Source: Thermotogota bacterium
GTDB lineage: Bacteria > Thermotogota > Thermotogae > MWEM01
Length of the DNA stretch: 64,000 bases
Assembly (NCBI GenBank): GCA_035391225.1
Contig: DAOPKN010000002.1
Coordinates: forward strand, 41,411-105,410
Direction of reading: 5' to 3'
The notes under the pieces are model-generated. The model did not search any database and was not told where the DNA came from. It saw nothing but the letters and a program-made list of their open reading frames with translations. This document shows, in pieces, positions 52,235 to 61,387 of this stretch (position 1 is its first letter; each line of letters opens with the position of its first letter). A program made the position numbers and the translations under genes.

Positions 52235-54510
52235 AGATGCAGCGCACAAGAAAAAGTAGTAGCATACTGGCGGCGGTGGTTCTTTTCGCCACGCTTGTTT
52301 TTCTCTTTGCCCTCATAAACCGTCCCGCGGGGCATCCCTTGCGTTCTTCCTGGGAATGGTCTTCGCAAGGGCAAACCCGTTCGATTTCGCTTCCCTTCAC
52401 GCTTTCCCCTTCCGAGGAAGTGGAAGGCGTTTTGTCCAGCCGGATTGCGGTTCAACCCGGGAATTTACTCACCTTTTCTCTTCGCGAAGAGCAGGTAACC
52501 GGGGTCTTTCTGGAGAATGCGTCCACCTCCACCCAACTTTTCTCCCCGCAAGGGGATTTCAAGGCCCGGAACCATTCCTTTTTCCTGGTTCCCGAAAGCC
52601 TGGAAGCTGGGCAATACGAGCTCCGGGTAGCTGTGAAATCCGCCAACACCATTTCCTTCTTCCTGCCGTACTTGACGAACCTGCAAAGCCTTCAGTCGCG
52701 CGTTGCCACCAATGAAATCCTCAAGCAGAACATCTTTTTCGTGGGTCTGGGGATGAGTTTTCTACTGGCGTTCCTGCTTTTTTTCCTGGGTACAGCCTCT
52801 TCCCGGTTTCGAAATGCCTACATCTCTTTCAGTGCCGGTGCCTTCTTTGGAGGGGTAGTGTACATCGATTTTCTCGCGCGGAACATGTCCCTCCCCGATG
52901 GCCTTTCCTTTTCCGGGATCTTCACTTCGCGCTTCGGAGCGATTTTCACCATCCTATCCATTCTGTGTTTTGCAACGGGAATCGAAGCGTTCTTCGAGAA
53001 TCGGGTGAAAAAGGCCAAGTACCTGTTGCTTCCCAACTTGCTCTTGGGGTTCCTGATCTTGTGGAACGTCCCGTTTTCCATTGCCATTTCCCTGGTGTGT
53101 AACGGTGTAGCACTCGTTTTTTTTGGCTGGAAATATGCCCAAAGAGGCTTTCTCTTTTCCATCACCTTCTGGGTACTGACCCTTTTCGCGGAATTGCTGC
53201 AGGGTCTTTTCTTCTCGTTTCCACTCTCTTTCCTGAGCGGATACGGTACCATCGTCCTGGTACTCACGTTGAGCACGGCGCTGATCGCGGATTACCGCAA
53301 AACCACCAAGAAACTCTCGGAAACCCTCAAGGAGCTCAGTGCGGCAAACCAGGAAATGGAAGCCATGAACGAAGAACTGGAATCCTCGTACAAGGACCTG
53401 GAAGCCACCCTTTCGCGCTTCGAGAACCTGGTCATGGTTACCACCGGGATGATTGAAGCCTCTTCCGACCCGCGGGGAGAGTTCCTTCCCGATTTGCTGG
53501 AGAACTCCCTTTCGCTCATTCCCGAGGCGGATTATGGTAGTGTTTCGTTGATCGAGGGAAGTAATTGGCATTTTGCGCACGCCGTGGGGCATGACCTGGA
53601 GAAGCTGCGCCAAATCTCCTTTCGCCGTGATTTCTTCTCGCCCCCCATGGAAAGCCCCCGGGCCCGTTTCTTCGATGCCAACGTGTTCCTGGTCGACCAG
53701 GTCGAGAGCATGAACGATCACATGCCCCCGGAAATCTCCAAGAGCTACTTGCAGGCGGTACGCCCCACCAAGCAATCCGCGTTGGTTCTGTTGCGTTCCG
53801 ACGAGGAGGTAGCGGGGTACCTGACTCTGGATATCGCGAAGGGGAAGAGCAAGCAATTCTCCACCGAATCGCTGAAAGTGCTGGGGGCGCTGGGAAGCGT
53901 GGCTTCTGCTTTCCTGGCCTTTCGCCGCTTGGGAAAGCTCGGAGAAGAATTCCAAAAAGAGATCATCCTGGCCATGATCCACCTGATGGAAATCCACGAC
54001 CAGTACACGCGAGGACATTCGGAAATGGTGGCCCAAATATCGGTGGACATTTCGCGGGCATTGGGGTTTTCAAGCGAAGAATTGGATACCGTCTATTGGG
54101 CAGGCCTGATCCACGACATCGGCAAGTTGCTCGTGCCCGCGAACATCCTCAACAAGACCGCCCGGTTGACATCCGAGGAATTCGAGAGCATCAAGATGCA
54201 CCCGGTTTGGGGGTACGAGGTTGTGCAGCAATCCAAGCACTTGAAGAACATTGCGCCCTACATCCGGCACCACCACGAGCGTTTCGACGGAAAGGGGTAT
54301 CCCGATGGTCTAAAAGGGGAGCAGATCCCGTTGATTTCGCGCATCATTTGCGTGGCTGACACCTGGGATGCCATGACCCGTGACCGCGCGTACCGCAAGG
54401 CGTTGGACCGGGCGGAAGCACGAGAGGAAATCGCCAACAACCGCGGTAGCCAGTTTGATCCAGGCATTGCAGCGGTGTTGCTCGATTTGTTGGACAAGCA
54501 GGAGGTTTAG
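52231..54510 (+). CDS. 7TM-receptor sensor with GAF-like region and HD-GYP phosphodiesterase output
   Basis: ATGA overlap (ATG 52237 is an alternative start). The N-terminal architecture is paralogous to the upstream gene. HD-GYP motifs are HSEMVA, LIHDIGKLLVP and HHERFDGKGYPDGL. Confidence 0.85.
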   Translation: MKMQRTRKSSSILAAVVLFATLVFLFALINRPAGHPLRSSWEWSSQGQTRSISLPFTLSPSEEVEGVLSSRIAVQPGNLLTFSLREEQVTGVFLENASTSTQLFSPQGDFKARNHSFFLVPESLEAGQYELRVAVKSANTISFFLPYLTNLQSLQSRVATNEILKQNIFFVGLGMSFLLAFLLFFLGTASSRFRNAYISFSAGAFFGGVVYIDFLARNMSLPDGLSFSGIFTSRFGAIFTILSILCFATGIEAFFENRVKKAKYLLLPNLLLGFLILWNVPFSIAISLVCNGVALVFFGWKYAQRGFLFSITFWVLTLFAELLQGLFFSFPLSFLSGYGTIVLVLTLSTALIADYRKTTKKLSETLKELSAANQEMEAMNEELESSYKDLEATLSRFENLVMVTTGMIEASSDPRGEFLPDLLENSLSLIPEADYGSVSLIEGSNWHFAHAVGHDLEKLRQISFRRDFFSPPMESPRARFFDANVFLVDQVESMNDHMPPEISKSYLQAVRPTKQSALVLLRSDEEVAGYLTLDIAKGKSKQFSTESLKVLGALGSVASAFLAFRRLGKLGEEFQKEIILAMIHLMEIHDQYTRGHSEMVAQISVDISRALGFSSEELDTVYWAGLIHDIGKLLVPANILNKTARLTSEEFESIKMHPVWGYEVVQQSKHLKNIAPYIRHHHERFDGKGYPDGLKGEQIPLISRIICVADTWDAMTRDRAYRKALDRAEAREEIANNRGSQFDPGIAAVLLDLLDKQEV

Positions 54511-55427
54511 CGTCCTTCCAAGGTTTCCAGTACCTGTTGCAGCTCGGGTGGAAGCGGGGAGCGAAAGAGGAGTCGTTGCGTCTCTTTGCCGGAGCGGTAG
54601 GGCAACAGCAATTCGGAGCAATGCAGGAAAGTGCGGGATACCCCCCATTTTTTTGCGTGGGAGTTCCATTCCGGGTTGCCGTACGTGCGGTCCCCCAGTA
54701 CCGGGTGGCCGATTTGGGACAAGTGCTTCCGAATCTGGTGCTTCCGGCCGGTGGAAATGTCCACCTGGCAAAGGCAAACCACGCCCTGGCTGGTGTGGAT
54801 TCTCCGGGATGAAACGATCTGGGTATGGGCCTCTTTGCCGTCCAGCGGCAACGTGATGCTTTGGGGCGAAACTTCGCCTGCCACCAACGTGGTGTACGTT
54901 TTCTGCACTTCCCGGGATGACAGCAGAGCGGACAACTCCCGGGATGCGGACAGGTTTTTGGCCACCACGAGTATCCCGGACGTGTTCCGGTCCAACCGGT
55001 GCACCAAGTAGGGTTGGAACCCTTTTTTCTTCCCGAGATGCATCAGGCCTTCGATGAGCGTGGCCCGGTGCCCCTCCCCCGCTCCGGGGTGCACGGAGAT
55101 TCCCGCGGGTTTTTCCACCACCAGGAGTTGGTCGTTTTCAAACAACAGCGAAATCTCCATTTTCGTGGGGATAAGCTTGCGTTTCCCCGAAAAATCCCGC
55201 TGCATGGCCTGCCGGTGCTCGCTCTTCTCCGGCAGAGTAACCTCCACCACGTCCCCCGTTTGCAACCCGAAAGAAGGTTTCCTTTGCCTCTGTCCGTTGA
55301 CACGCACGTTTCCCTTGCGCAGCAAGGCAAAGATCGAGGAAAGCTGTATCGCGTCCAATTGCTTTCGCAGGAACTTGTCCAAGCGTTTGTAGAGGTTTTC
55401 GGGTTGCACGGTGAAGGTGCGTTTCAA
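54507..55427 (-). CDS. rluD: RluA-family 23S rRNA pseudouridine synthase (RluD-like) with S4 domain
   Basis: TTG 55427 overlaps the trkH stop (TTGA) and follows GAGAGGA. S4-like region is YKRLDKFLRKQL...GNVRVNG. Catalytic motif HRLDRNTSGILVVAKN. The longer track ORF (to 56123) overlaps trkH and is rejected. Confidence 0.85.
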   Translation of the reverse strand: MKRTFTVQPENLYKRLDKFLRKQLDAIQLSSIFALLRKGNVRVNGQRQRKPSFGLQTGDVVEVTLPEKSEHRQAMQRDFSGKRKLIPTKMEISLLFENDQLLVVEKPAGISVHPGAGEGHRATLIEGLMHLGKKKGFQPYLVHRLDRNTSGILVVAKNLSASRELSALLSSREVQKTYTTLVAGEVSPQSITLPLDGKEAHTQIVSSRRIHTSQGVVCLCQVDISTGRKHQIRKHLSQIGHPVLGDRTYGNPEWNSHAKKWGVSRTFLHCSELLLPYRSGKETQRLLFRSPLPPELQQVLETLEGR

Positions 55428-56920
55428 AACGTTCCTCTCTTCTTGCTTCCGCGCACCTGCTTGAGATCGCGGACCAACTTGGCAATGGCGTACAGGATCA
55501 CGATGAATTCCAAGCGCCCCAGGAACATCCCGGTTGTTTCCACCCAGATGATGGAAAGAGGGGCACTGGTGGAAGTGATACCCACCGAAAGGCCCACGGT
55601 GGAAAGCGCTGAGGCAAATTCGAAAGCCGAGGATTTGAGATCGTGCCCGTAGGAAGCGAGCCATCCCACCCCCACCGCAAAGGTCAAGAAGTACAAGGCG
55701 AAGTACAGAAGGATGTTTTTCAGCAGCGCGTCGTCCAGCGGGATCTTCTTGGCACCCTTGTACACCTGGAAATGCTTGACCGTACCCTTGGGGAGGAAGA
55801 AAAGCTGGATTTCCACCCAAATGGCCTTGAAAACCACGAAAATCCGCAGAAGCTTCAATCCTCCCGAGGTGGAATCCATCATGCCCCCAAAAATCATCAG
55901 CAAGGTAAGGAGAAACATGGGGAAAGGAAGCCAATTCGCGAAGCCCACCGTAGAAAAACCCGTACCGGTCAACGCGGAAACACCTTGGAAAATGGCGTGA
56001 CGGACGGCTTGGCCCGTATGGGAGAAGGTGGATCCCGCGAGTCCAAATACCAAAAGTGGAAGGAAAACCGCCAAAACGAAAAGGTATGTCCATGGCTCGG
56101 GGTTTCGGCGGAAGTCTTTCCAATTTCCCTTCCAGGCGAGGTAATGGATGCCGAAGCCCGTTGTTCCCAGCGTCATCAGCACAAGCGAGACCATCTCGAT
56201 GGGAAGGCTTTGGAAACTACCCAAGCTGTCGTTGCGCGTCGAGAAACCACCGGTTGCCAAAGCAGTCAAGGAATGGTTCAACGCATCGAAAAGGCCCATC
56301 CCCGCCACGGCAAAGGCAAGAAACCCCGCAACGGCATACACGAGGTAAATGCGAATGATCATCCGGGCGGATCTCTTGATGTTCGGCAGCAAGTTGTCCA
56401 CACGCCCCTCGGCATTATATACACCCGCGCTTACCCCCCCGCCAACGGTCGAGACCATCAAAATGGCAAACCCTGCCCCCCCGACGAACTGGGTCAGGCT
56501 CCTCCAGAAAAGGAGGAGCTTGGAAACCCGCGACACATCCACCAGGGTCAAGCCGGTGGTTGTCCAACCACTGGTACTCTCGAAAATGGCGTGGGAGAAG
56601 CTAAGCGTTTGGGAGAAGAGGAAGGGTAACGCGGAAAAAAAGATCGCTCCCATCCAGGTGAACAGAACAATGATGGCTCCTTCCTGCACGGTGAGCTGGT
56701 TTTCCTTGGAAGCTTTTTGGAAGGGAACCCAAAGCAGAAGACCCGTGGAAAAGGAGAGGAGGGAACTGGCAAGGAAAGGCCAGCTGTTTTTCCATTCCTC
56801 GGGGAAAAAGAAGCAGAGGAACAAGGGGAAGAGCAAGATCCCACTGAACATCAGGAAAAGCCAGCCCAAACGCTTGCAGATGGTTTGGTACTTTTCCCGC
56901 AGGATCTGGGAGTAGCTCAT
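55424..56920 (-). CDS. trkH: TrkH/KtrB-family potassium transporter membrane subunit
   Basis: ATG 56920 overlaps the trkA stop (ATGA). About 10 TM helices with repeated selectivity-filter-like TGFS/TGGFS/SVGLS segments. Confidence 0.9.
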   Translation of the reverse strand: MSYSQILREKYQTICKRLGWLFLMFSGILLFPLFLCFFFPEEWKNSWPFLASSLLSFSTGLLLWVPFQKASKENQLTVQEGAIIVLFTWMGAIFFSALPFLFSQTLSFSHAIFESTSGWTTTGLTLVDVSRVSKLLLFWRSLTQFVGGAGFAILMVSTVGGGVSAGVYNAEGRVDNLLPNIKRSARMIIRIYLVYAVAGFLAFAVAGMGLFDALNHSLTALATGGFSTRNDSLGSFQSLPIEMVSLVLMTLGTTGFGIHYLAWKGNWKDFRRNPEPWTYLFVLAVFLPLLVFGLAGSTFSHTGQAVRHAIFQGVSALTGTGFSTVGFANWLPFPMFLLTLLMIFGGMMDSTSGGLKLLRIFVVFKAIWVEIQLFFLPKGTVKHFQVYKGAKKIPLDDALLKNILLYFALYFLTFAVGVGWLASYGHDLKSSAFEFASALSTVGLSVGITSTSAPLSIIWVETTGMFLGRLEFIVILYAIAKLVRDLKQVRGSKKRGTF

Positions 56921-57588
56921 TTGTTCTTGATTCCCGTGAGCACTTCCACCACTTCTGAATGCAAGAGGGGAAGCGTCATGATCCAAAGGAGGTCTCCGGG
57001 GAGAATTTCGGTTTCCCCGTTGGGTACGAAGGGTTCTTGTCGACCAGAAATGAAACCCACGATGGCACCGGTGGGAAGGTCGATATCTTTCAAAGCCATA
57101 TTGCATGCGGGGGAGTCGGGCTGGATTTGAATTTGCATCAACTCGATCTTGCCCTCTTCGAAGGACATCACGGTGCGCACTTCCTCCGGGGCAATGCTCA
57201 AATCGATGTTGCTGGAGAGCATATCGGTCATGCTGATGACGTGGGGAAGGTGCAATTTCGCGGTGAACATTTCCTTGTTTCTGGGGTTGTTCAAAAGGGT
57301 GAACACCTTGTCCATGTGGAACACCTTGAGCGCGAGCTGGGAAATGATCAGGTTATCTTGGTCCATGGGCGTCAGGGCGACAAGGATATCGTTGGGGAAA
57401 ATTTCTGCCTTCTTCAACGTCTCGGGCTGCGTGGCATCGGCATGTATCACCGTGGCTTTCAGGGAACGGGAGAAAATCTCGCACAATTCACGGTCCTTGT
57501 TGATGATCACCACGTTCAAGTCCCGCATGATCAAGGCGTTCGCCAGGTTGAACGTTACCTTGTTTCCCCCCGCCAGGATGACCTTCAC
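56917..57588 (-). CDS. trkA: Trk/Ktr system RCK subunit (TrkA-N plus TrkA-C)
   Basis: MKVILAGGNKVTFNLANAL...VVIINKD Rossmann motif and a C-terminal TrkA-C region. Confidence 0.85.
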   Translation of the reverse strand: MKVILAGGNKVTFNLANALIMRDLNVVIINKDRELCEIFSRSLKATVIHADATQPETLKKAEIFPNDILVALTPMDQDNLIISQLALKVFHMDKVFTLLNNPRNKEMFTAKLHLPHVISMTDMLSSNIDLSIAPEEVRTVMSFEEGKIELMQIQIQPDSPACNMALKDIDLPTGAIVGFISGRQEPFVPNGETEILPGDLLWIMTLPLLHSEVVEVLTGIKNK

Positions 57589-58022
57589 GCTTCCTCCTTC
57601 GGCGAGTGCGGGATCTTGCTCATCAACGCATCGTGGGCGAGTTCCATGGGTGAAATGGTTTTGATCTGGAATTGCTCGAAAAGGGGAAGGTTATCGGGGT
57701 CATACACGCGGGAAATCACCAGGTTCACATCGAAACCTTCCTTCGCGACTTGCGAAACCATGAAATTGGTGTTGTCGTCGTCCGTGAGAGCAAGCACCAA
57801 GTTGGCCTGTTCCATTTTCGCCTCCTTGAGGGTATCCACGGAGGTGGCGTCGCCCTCCATTTGGAAGCCGGAAAACTGGGGAGGAAGATGCTCGAAGTTC
57901 TTCTTGTCCAGGTCGATGATCACCACGTTTTCTCCACGGTCGGAAAGGGCCCCGGCCACTTTGGAACCCAACCGACCACAGCCCACGATGATCACGTACC
58001 ATTCCTTCGCGGTTTTTTTCAT
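57585..58022 (-). CDS. Short RCK N-terminal (TrkA-N) domain protein
   Basis: ATG 58022 lies 7 nt after GGAGG and overlaps the upstream stop (ATGA). VIIVGCGRLGSKVAGALSDRGENVVIIDLD. Confidence 0.8.
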   Translation of the reverse strand: MKKTAKEWYVIIVGCGRLGSKVAGALSDRGENVVIIDLDKKNFEHLPPQFSGFQMEGDATSVDTLKEAKMEQANLVLALTDDDNTNFMVSQVAKEGFDVNLVISRVYDPDNLPLFEQFQIKTISPMELAHDALMSKIPHSPKEEA

Positions 58023-58687
58023 GATCGTTCCTCCCATTCGCGCAGTTTCCGCGAAGCGGGTTCATAGCCTTCATCCAGTGCGAGGGCGGCCTTCAAGTGT
58101 TTTTTGGCCGCATCAAGCAACGGCAACTCTTCCGCGTTTCTTTGGCCTTGCAAAAGCGAGGCTTTGTTCTGCCGCGCTTCGAGGCTGAGTGCCATCAGGA
58201 AATGGGGGATGGGGGAGGAGGGGAAACGTTGGAACAGCTTCGAAATAAAGGAATCCGCATCGGGGAAGGCACTTTGTTCGATCAATCCTTTCACCAAGTT
58301 GGAAGTTTCCTTCAAATCAATACGGTTCTGGTTCATCAATTCCACCGCGCTCTTGATTTCGTCGGGGGAAAACGGCTTGGAAATGAACGTCAAAATACCC
58401 AGTTGGAAGGCCTCGACCACGGGTTCAATATCCCGAACTGCGGAAACCATGATGGTTGGAAGCGATTTGCGCTCTTCAGCAAGTGCACGAAGCAGTGCCA
58501 GGCCATCCATGCCCGGCATACGCAAATCGGTGAACATCCCCCAAAAGTCCGCTTTTTGCGCAAGGAGCATTACCAAGGCTTCCTGACCGTTGGAAGCGGT
58601 ATTCACCTCGTACCCCATTTCTTCCAGGGTTGCACGGATTTTCTTTTGGATGTTCATTTCGTCGTCAACAACAAGGTACTTTGCCAT
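58019..58687 (-). CDS. CheY-like response regulator with helical (TPR-like) C-terminal domain
   Basis: Receiver motifs are LVVDDE, MFTDLRMPGMDG and FISKPF. The C-terminal ~95 aa are helical with no DNA-binding motif. Confidence 0.85.
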   Translation of the reverse strand: MAKYLVVDDEMNIQKKIRATLEEMGYEVNTASNGQEALVMLLAQKADFWGMFTDLRMPGMDGLALLRALAEERKSLPTIMVSAVRDIEPVVEAFQLGILTFISKPFSPDEIKSAVELMNQNRIDLKETSNLVKGLIEQSAFPDADSFISKLFQRFPSSPIPHFLMALSLEARQNKASLLQGQRNAEELPLLDAAKKHLKAALALDEGYEPASRKLREWEERS

Positions 58688-58695
58688 AATCCTCC

Positions 58696-59991
58696 CTACG
58701 GCTTGATTCGGTACAAGGTTCTGGGGAACGGAATGGCCTCCCGGATGTGGTGAATGCCGCTAATCCAAGAAATCGTACGTTCCATCCCCATGCCAAAACC
58801 ACTGTGGGGTACGGAACCATATTTGCGCAGATCCAGGTACCAATCGTAGGAGTCCAAAGGCAGTCCATTTTCTTCGATGCGCTGCACCAACAAATCAAAA
58901 TCGTGGATGCGCTGCGACGCGCCGATGATTTCGCCGTACCCCTCTGGGGCGAGCATATCGTCGCACAGAACCACTTCGGGCCTTTGGGGGTCGGGCTGCA
59001 TGTAAAATGCCTTGGCCTTCGCGGGGTAGCAGGTAACCATCACCGGGCGATCAAAGGCGTTGGAAATCTCGCTTTCGTGCTCTGCACCCAGGTCATCTCC
59101 CCAGCGGATATCGTATCCCTTTTCTTGGAGCATCCGCACCGAATCGTCGTACGACACGCGGGGGAAAGGTGCTTTCACTGATTCCAGCTTGGAGAGGTCT
59201 CTTCCCAGGGCTTGCAAGTCGGGGGCGGCCGTTTGCAACACCTGGGCCACCACGAAACTCACGAGCTCCTCTTGCAGGCGCATGTTATCCTCGTGGTCGA
59301 AGAAAGCCACCTCGGCTTCGTTCATCCAAAACTCCGTGAGATGCCGACGCGTTTTGGATTTCTCGGCACGGAAAGTGGGACCCAGGTTATACACTTTTCC
59401 CAACGAAACGCAGGCTGCCTCAAGGTACAGCTGGCCCGTTTGGGCAAGGAAGGCCTTACCGTACTCGAAGTAGTCCAACTGGAACAGGTTTCCCGCCGCC
59501 TCCCCGATGGCCCCGGTGAAGATGGGAGTATCCACGAGCACGAAATCGTTTCGGCGATAGAAATCCCTGGTGGCATTGATCACGGCATCACGAACGCGCA
59601 GCAGGTGGTACTGCTGGCGGGAACGAATCCAAAGATGCCGGTGCTCCATTAGGAATTCCACCCCGTGTTCCTTTTTGCTGATGGGATACTCTTCCTGCGG
59701 GTTTTGCACGACTTGCAGCGAAACCACATCTAGTTCCACTCCATTGGGAGAGCGCGTATCTTCCCGTGGAATACCGTGCAAAACGAGCGAAGATTCGGTT
59801 TTACAGCCCTTGGCTTCCTGGAAGAGCTCGGGATCCACCTGGGACTTTTCCATGATTCCCTGCACGAACCCCGTGCCGTCGCGGATTTGCAAGAAGTGGA
59901 TCTTACCGCTCGAACGTTTGTTGAACAGCCATCCACGAATTTCTACTTGCTGGCCCAAGTGCTTTTTCAGGTCACGAATGTATACCCACAC
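58696..59991 (-). CDS. asnS: Asparaginyl-tRNA synthetase
   Basis: GTG 59991 follows GGGGTGA and gives a 431-aa protein. N-terminal OB region is GWLFNKRSSGKIHFLQIRDGTGFVQ. Class II motifs FRAEKSKTRRHLTEFWM and GFGMGMERT. The track ORF extends 95 codons further and is rejected. Confidence 0.9.
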   Translation of the reverse strand: MWVYIRDLKKHLGQQVEIRGWLFNKRSSGKIHFLQIRDGTGFVQGIMEKSQVDPELFQEAKGCKTESSLVLHGIPREDTRSPNGVELDVVSLQVVQNPQEEYPISKKEHGVEFLMEHRHLWIRSRQQYHLLRVRDAVINATRDFYRRNDFVLVDTPIFTGAIGEAAGNLFQLDYFEYGKAFLAQTGQLYLEAACVSLGKVYNLGPTFRAEKSKTRRHLTEFWMNEAEVAFFDHEDNMRLQEELVSFVVAQVLQTAAPDLQALGRDLSKLESVKAPFPRVSYDDSVRMLQEKGYDIRWGDDLGAEHESEISNAFDRPVMVTCYPAKAKAFYMQPDPQRPEVVLCDDMLAPEGYGEIIGASQRIHDFDLLVQRIEENGLPLDSYDWYLDLRKYGSVPHSGFGMGMERTISWISGIHHIREAIPFPRTLYRIKP

Positions 59992-60022
59992 AAGCTTCAC
60001 CCCACTTCGAAAAATCTCCGCT

Positions 60023-60051
60023 ATTATAACACGGCAAAGAGGGTTTGGAAA
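60023..60051 (-). promoter_or_regulatory. Putative sigma-70 promoter for the asnS operon
   Basis: On the minus strand: TTTCCA (60051-60046), 17 nt spacer, TATAAT (60028-60023). It lies 32 nt upstream of GTG 59991. Confidence 0.5.
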
Positions 60052-60074
60052 CCAAACCAACTCTCCCCAAAAAA

Positions 60075-60083
60075 TGGTACAAT
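60075..60083 (+). promoter_or_regulatory. Extended -10 promoter (TGGTACAAT) for rsmH-ftsL-ftsI
   Basis: TGGTACAAT lies 24 nt upstream of GTG 60107, with GGAAGGG as the RBS. Confidence 0.5.
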
Positions 60084-60106
60084 GTGCAGGAAAGGAAGGG
60101 ATCGCC

Positions 60107-61006
60107 GTGGATTTTGAGCAACCCATGTACCATCGCACCGTTCTTGCGCGGGAAGCCGTGGATCTTCTCGTGACAAAGCCCGATGGAGTGTACCTCGATT
60201 GTACGTTTGGCGAAGGAGGGCACTCGCTGGAAATTGCCCGGAAGCTACAAGCGTCGGGTGGGGTTTTGATTGGCATCGATAAGGATGTAGAGATCCTGCA
60301 TTACGGTGAAAAACGTTTACAGGAATTTGGATTCCAGAAATTGCATCTCTTTCGCGCGAACTACACCGATATGGACCTGGTGATCCGCGGCCTGGGGTTC
60401 CGGAAAATCGACGGGGTGCTCTTCGATTTGGGTGTTTCCTCCTTCCAACTGGATACACAGTCCCGGGGTTTTTCGTTCCAAAACGAAGCCCCTCTTGATA
60501 TGCGCATGGATACACAATCCAAGCGTACAGCCCGCAGCGTGGTGAACACTTTCCCTCCCCCGGAACTGGAACGGATTCTCCGCGAGTACGGCGAAGAGCG
60601 TTTCGCGCGTTCCATTACGCGAAGGATCGTGGAAAACCGCCCTCTCCACACCACCGCGGACCTCGTTCGCTGCGTGCGGGAAGGAATACCCGCCAAAGTG
60701 CGCCACAAGATGAAGAAGCACTTCGCAACGCGCACATTCCAGGCGATACGTATCGCGGTAAATGGCGAATTGGAAGAGCTGGCGAATGGATTGGACAAAT
60801 CCTTGCATATTCTGGATAAAGGTGGTAGAATAATTGTGATCTCGTTTCACTCCCTGGAGGATCGGCTTGTAAAGCACTTTTTTCGCTCCCAGCAAGATTC
60901 TTTTCTGCGTATCTTAACGGCAAAGCCAATCACCCCCGGGGAACCTGAAGTGGAGGCAAATCCGCGATCCAGAAGTGCCAAGATGCGTGCTGCACAACGA
61001 TTGTAA
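60107..61006 (+). CDS. rsmH: 16S rRNA (cytosine1402-N4)-methyltransferase
   Basis: YHRTVLAREAVDLL, DCTFGEGGHS, DLGVSSFQLD and ISFHSLEDR. GTG 60107 is chosen as the start; ATG 60125 is an alternative. Confidence 0.9.
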   Translation: MDFEQPMYHRTVLAREAVDLLVTKPDGVYLDCTFGEGGHSLEIARKLQASGGVLIGIDKDVEILHYGEKRLQEFGFQKLHLFRANYTDMDLVIRGLGFRKIDGVLFDLGVSSFQLDTQSRGFSFQNEAPLDMRMDTQSKRTARSVVNTFPPPELERILREYGEERFARSITRRIVENRPLHTTADLVRCVREGIPAKVRHKMKKHFATRTFQAIRIAVNGELEELANGLDKSLHILDKGGRIIVISFHSLEDRLVKHFFRSQQDSFLRILTAKPITPGEPEVEANPRSRSAKMRAAQRL

Positions 61007-61039
61007 TCTTTATTTCTTATTTTTTCTTTTTTTGGGGTT

Positions 61040-61387
61040 TTGAAATGGGGGGGGTTTTCCTTGGAACGTGAACTCAGAAGCTCAACCGTGAATGTGCCGG
61101 TCCAGAACCCGGTTCTGGAGCAAGAGCAAACTCTTTCGCCAAGCCGACTAACCGCAATCCTTGCCTTTGCAGGTAAAACCTTGCTGCTCTCCGTGATCCT
61201 TTTTTGTTCCTTTTTCCTTCCCTTCTACTTTGGCTTGGAAACCTCGCGGATGAAGGATGAATCGGCCAAGAAACAAATCCAAATTCGACAGATGGACCTG
61301 CAGATTTCCGAGCTGGATCGCAAAATTGAAGCCTACAGTGACATGATTTTGCTCAAGCAAAGGGCTTTCGACTACGGCCAACAGTGA
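61040..61387 (+). CDS. ftsL: FtsL-like cell division protein (single TM plus coiled coil)
   Basis: Sits between rsmH and the PBP gene. TM helix LLLSVILFCSFFLPFYF, followed by the coiled coil QIQIRQMDLQISELDRKIEAY. The start codon is uncertain. Confidence 0.6.
   Translation: MKWGGFSLERELRSSTVNVPVQNPVLEQEQTLSPSRLTAILAFAGKTLLLSVILFCSFFLPFYFGLETSRMKDESAKKQIQIRQMDLQISELDRKIEAYSDMILLKQRAFDYGQQ

Noticed and set aside
55428-56123. N-terminal 232-codon extension of the rluD ORF
   Set aside because: It overlaps trkH in another frame. The S4 domain begins right after TTG 55427, which has an RBS and a TTGA overlap with the trkH stop.
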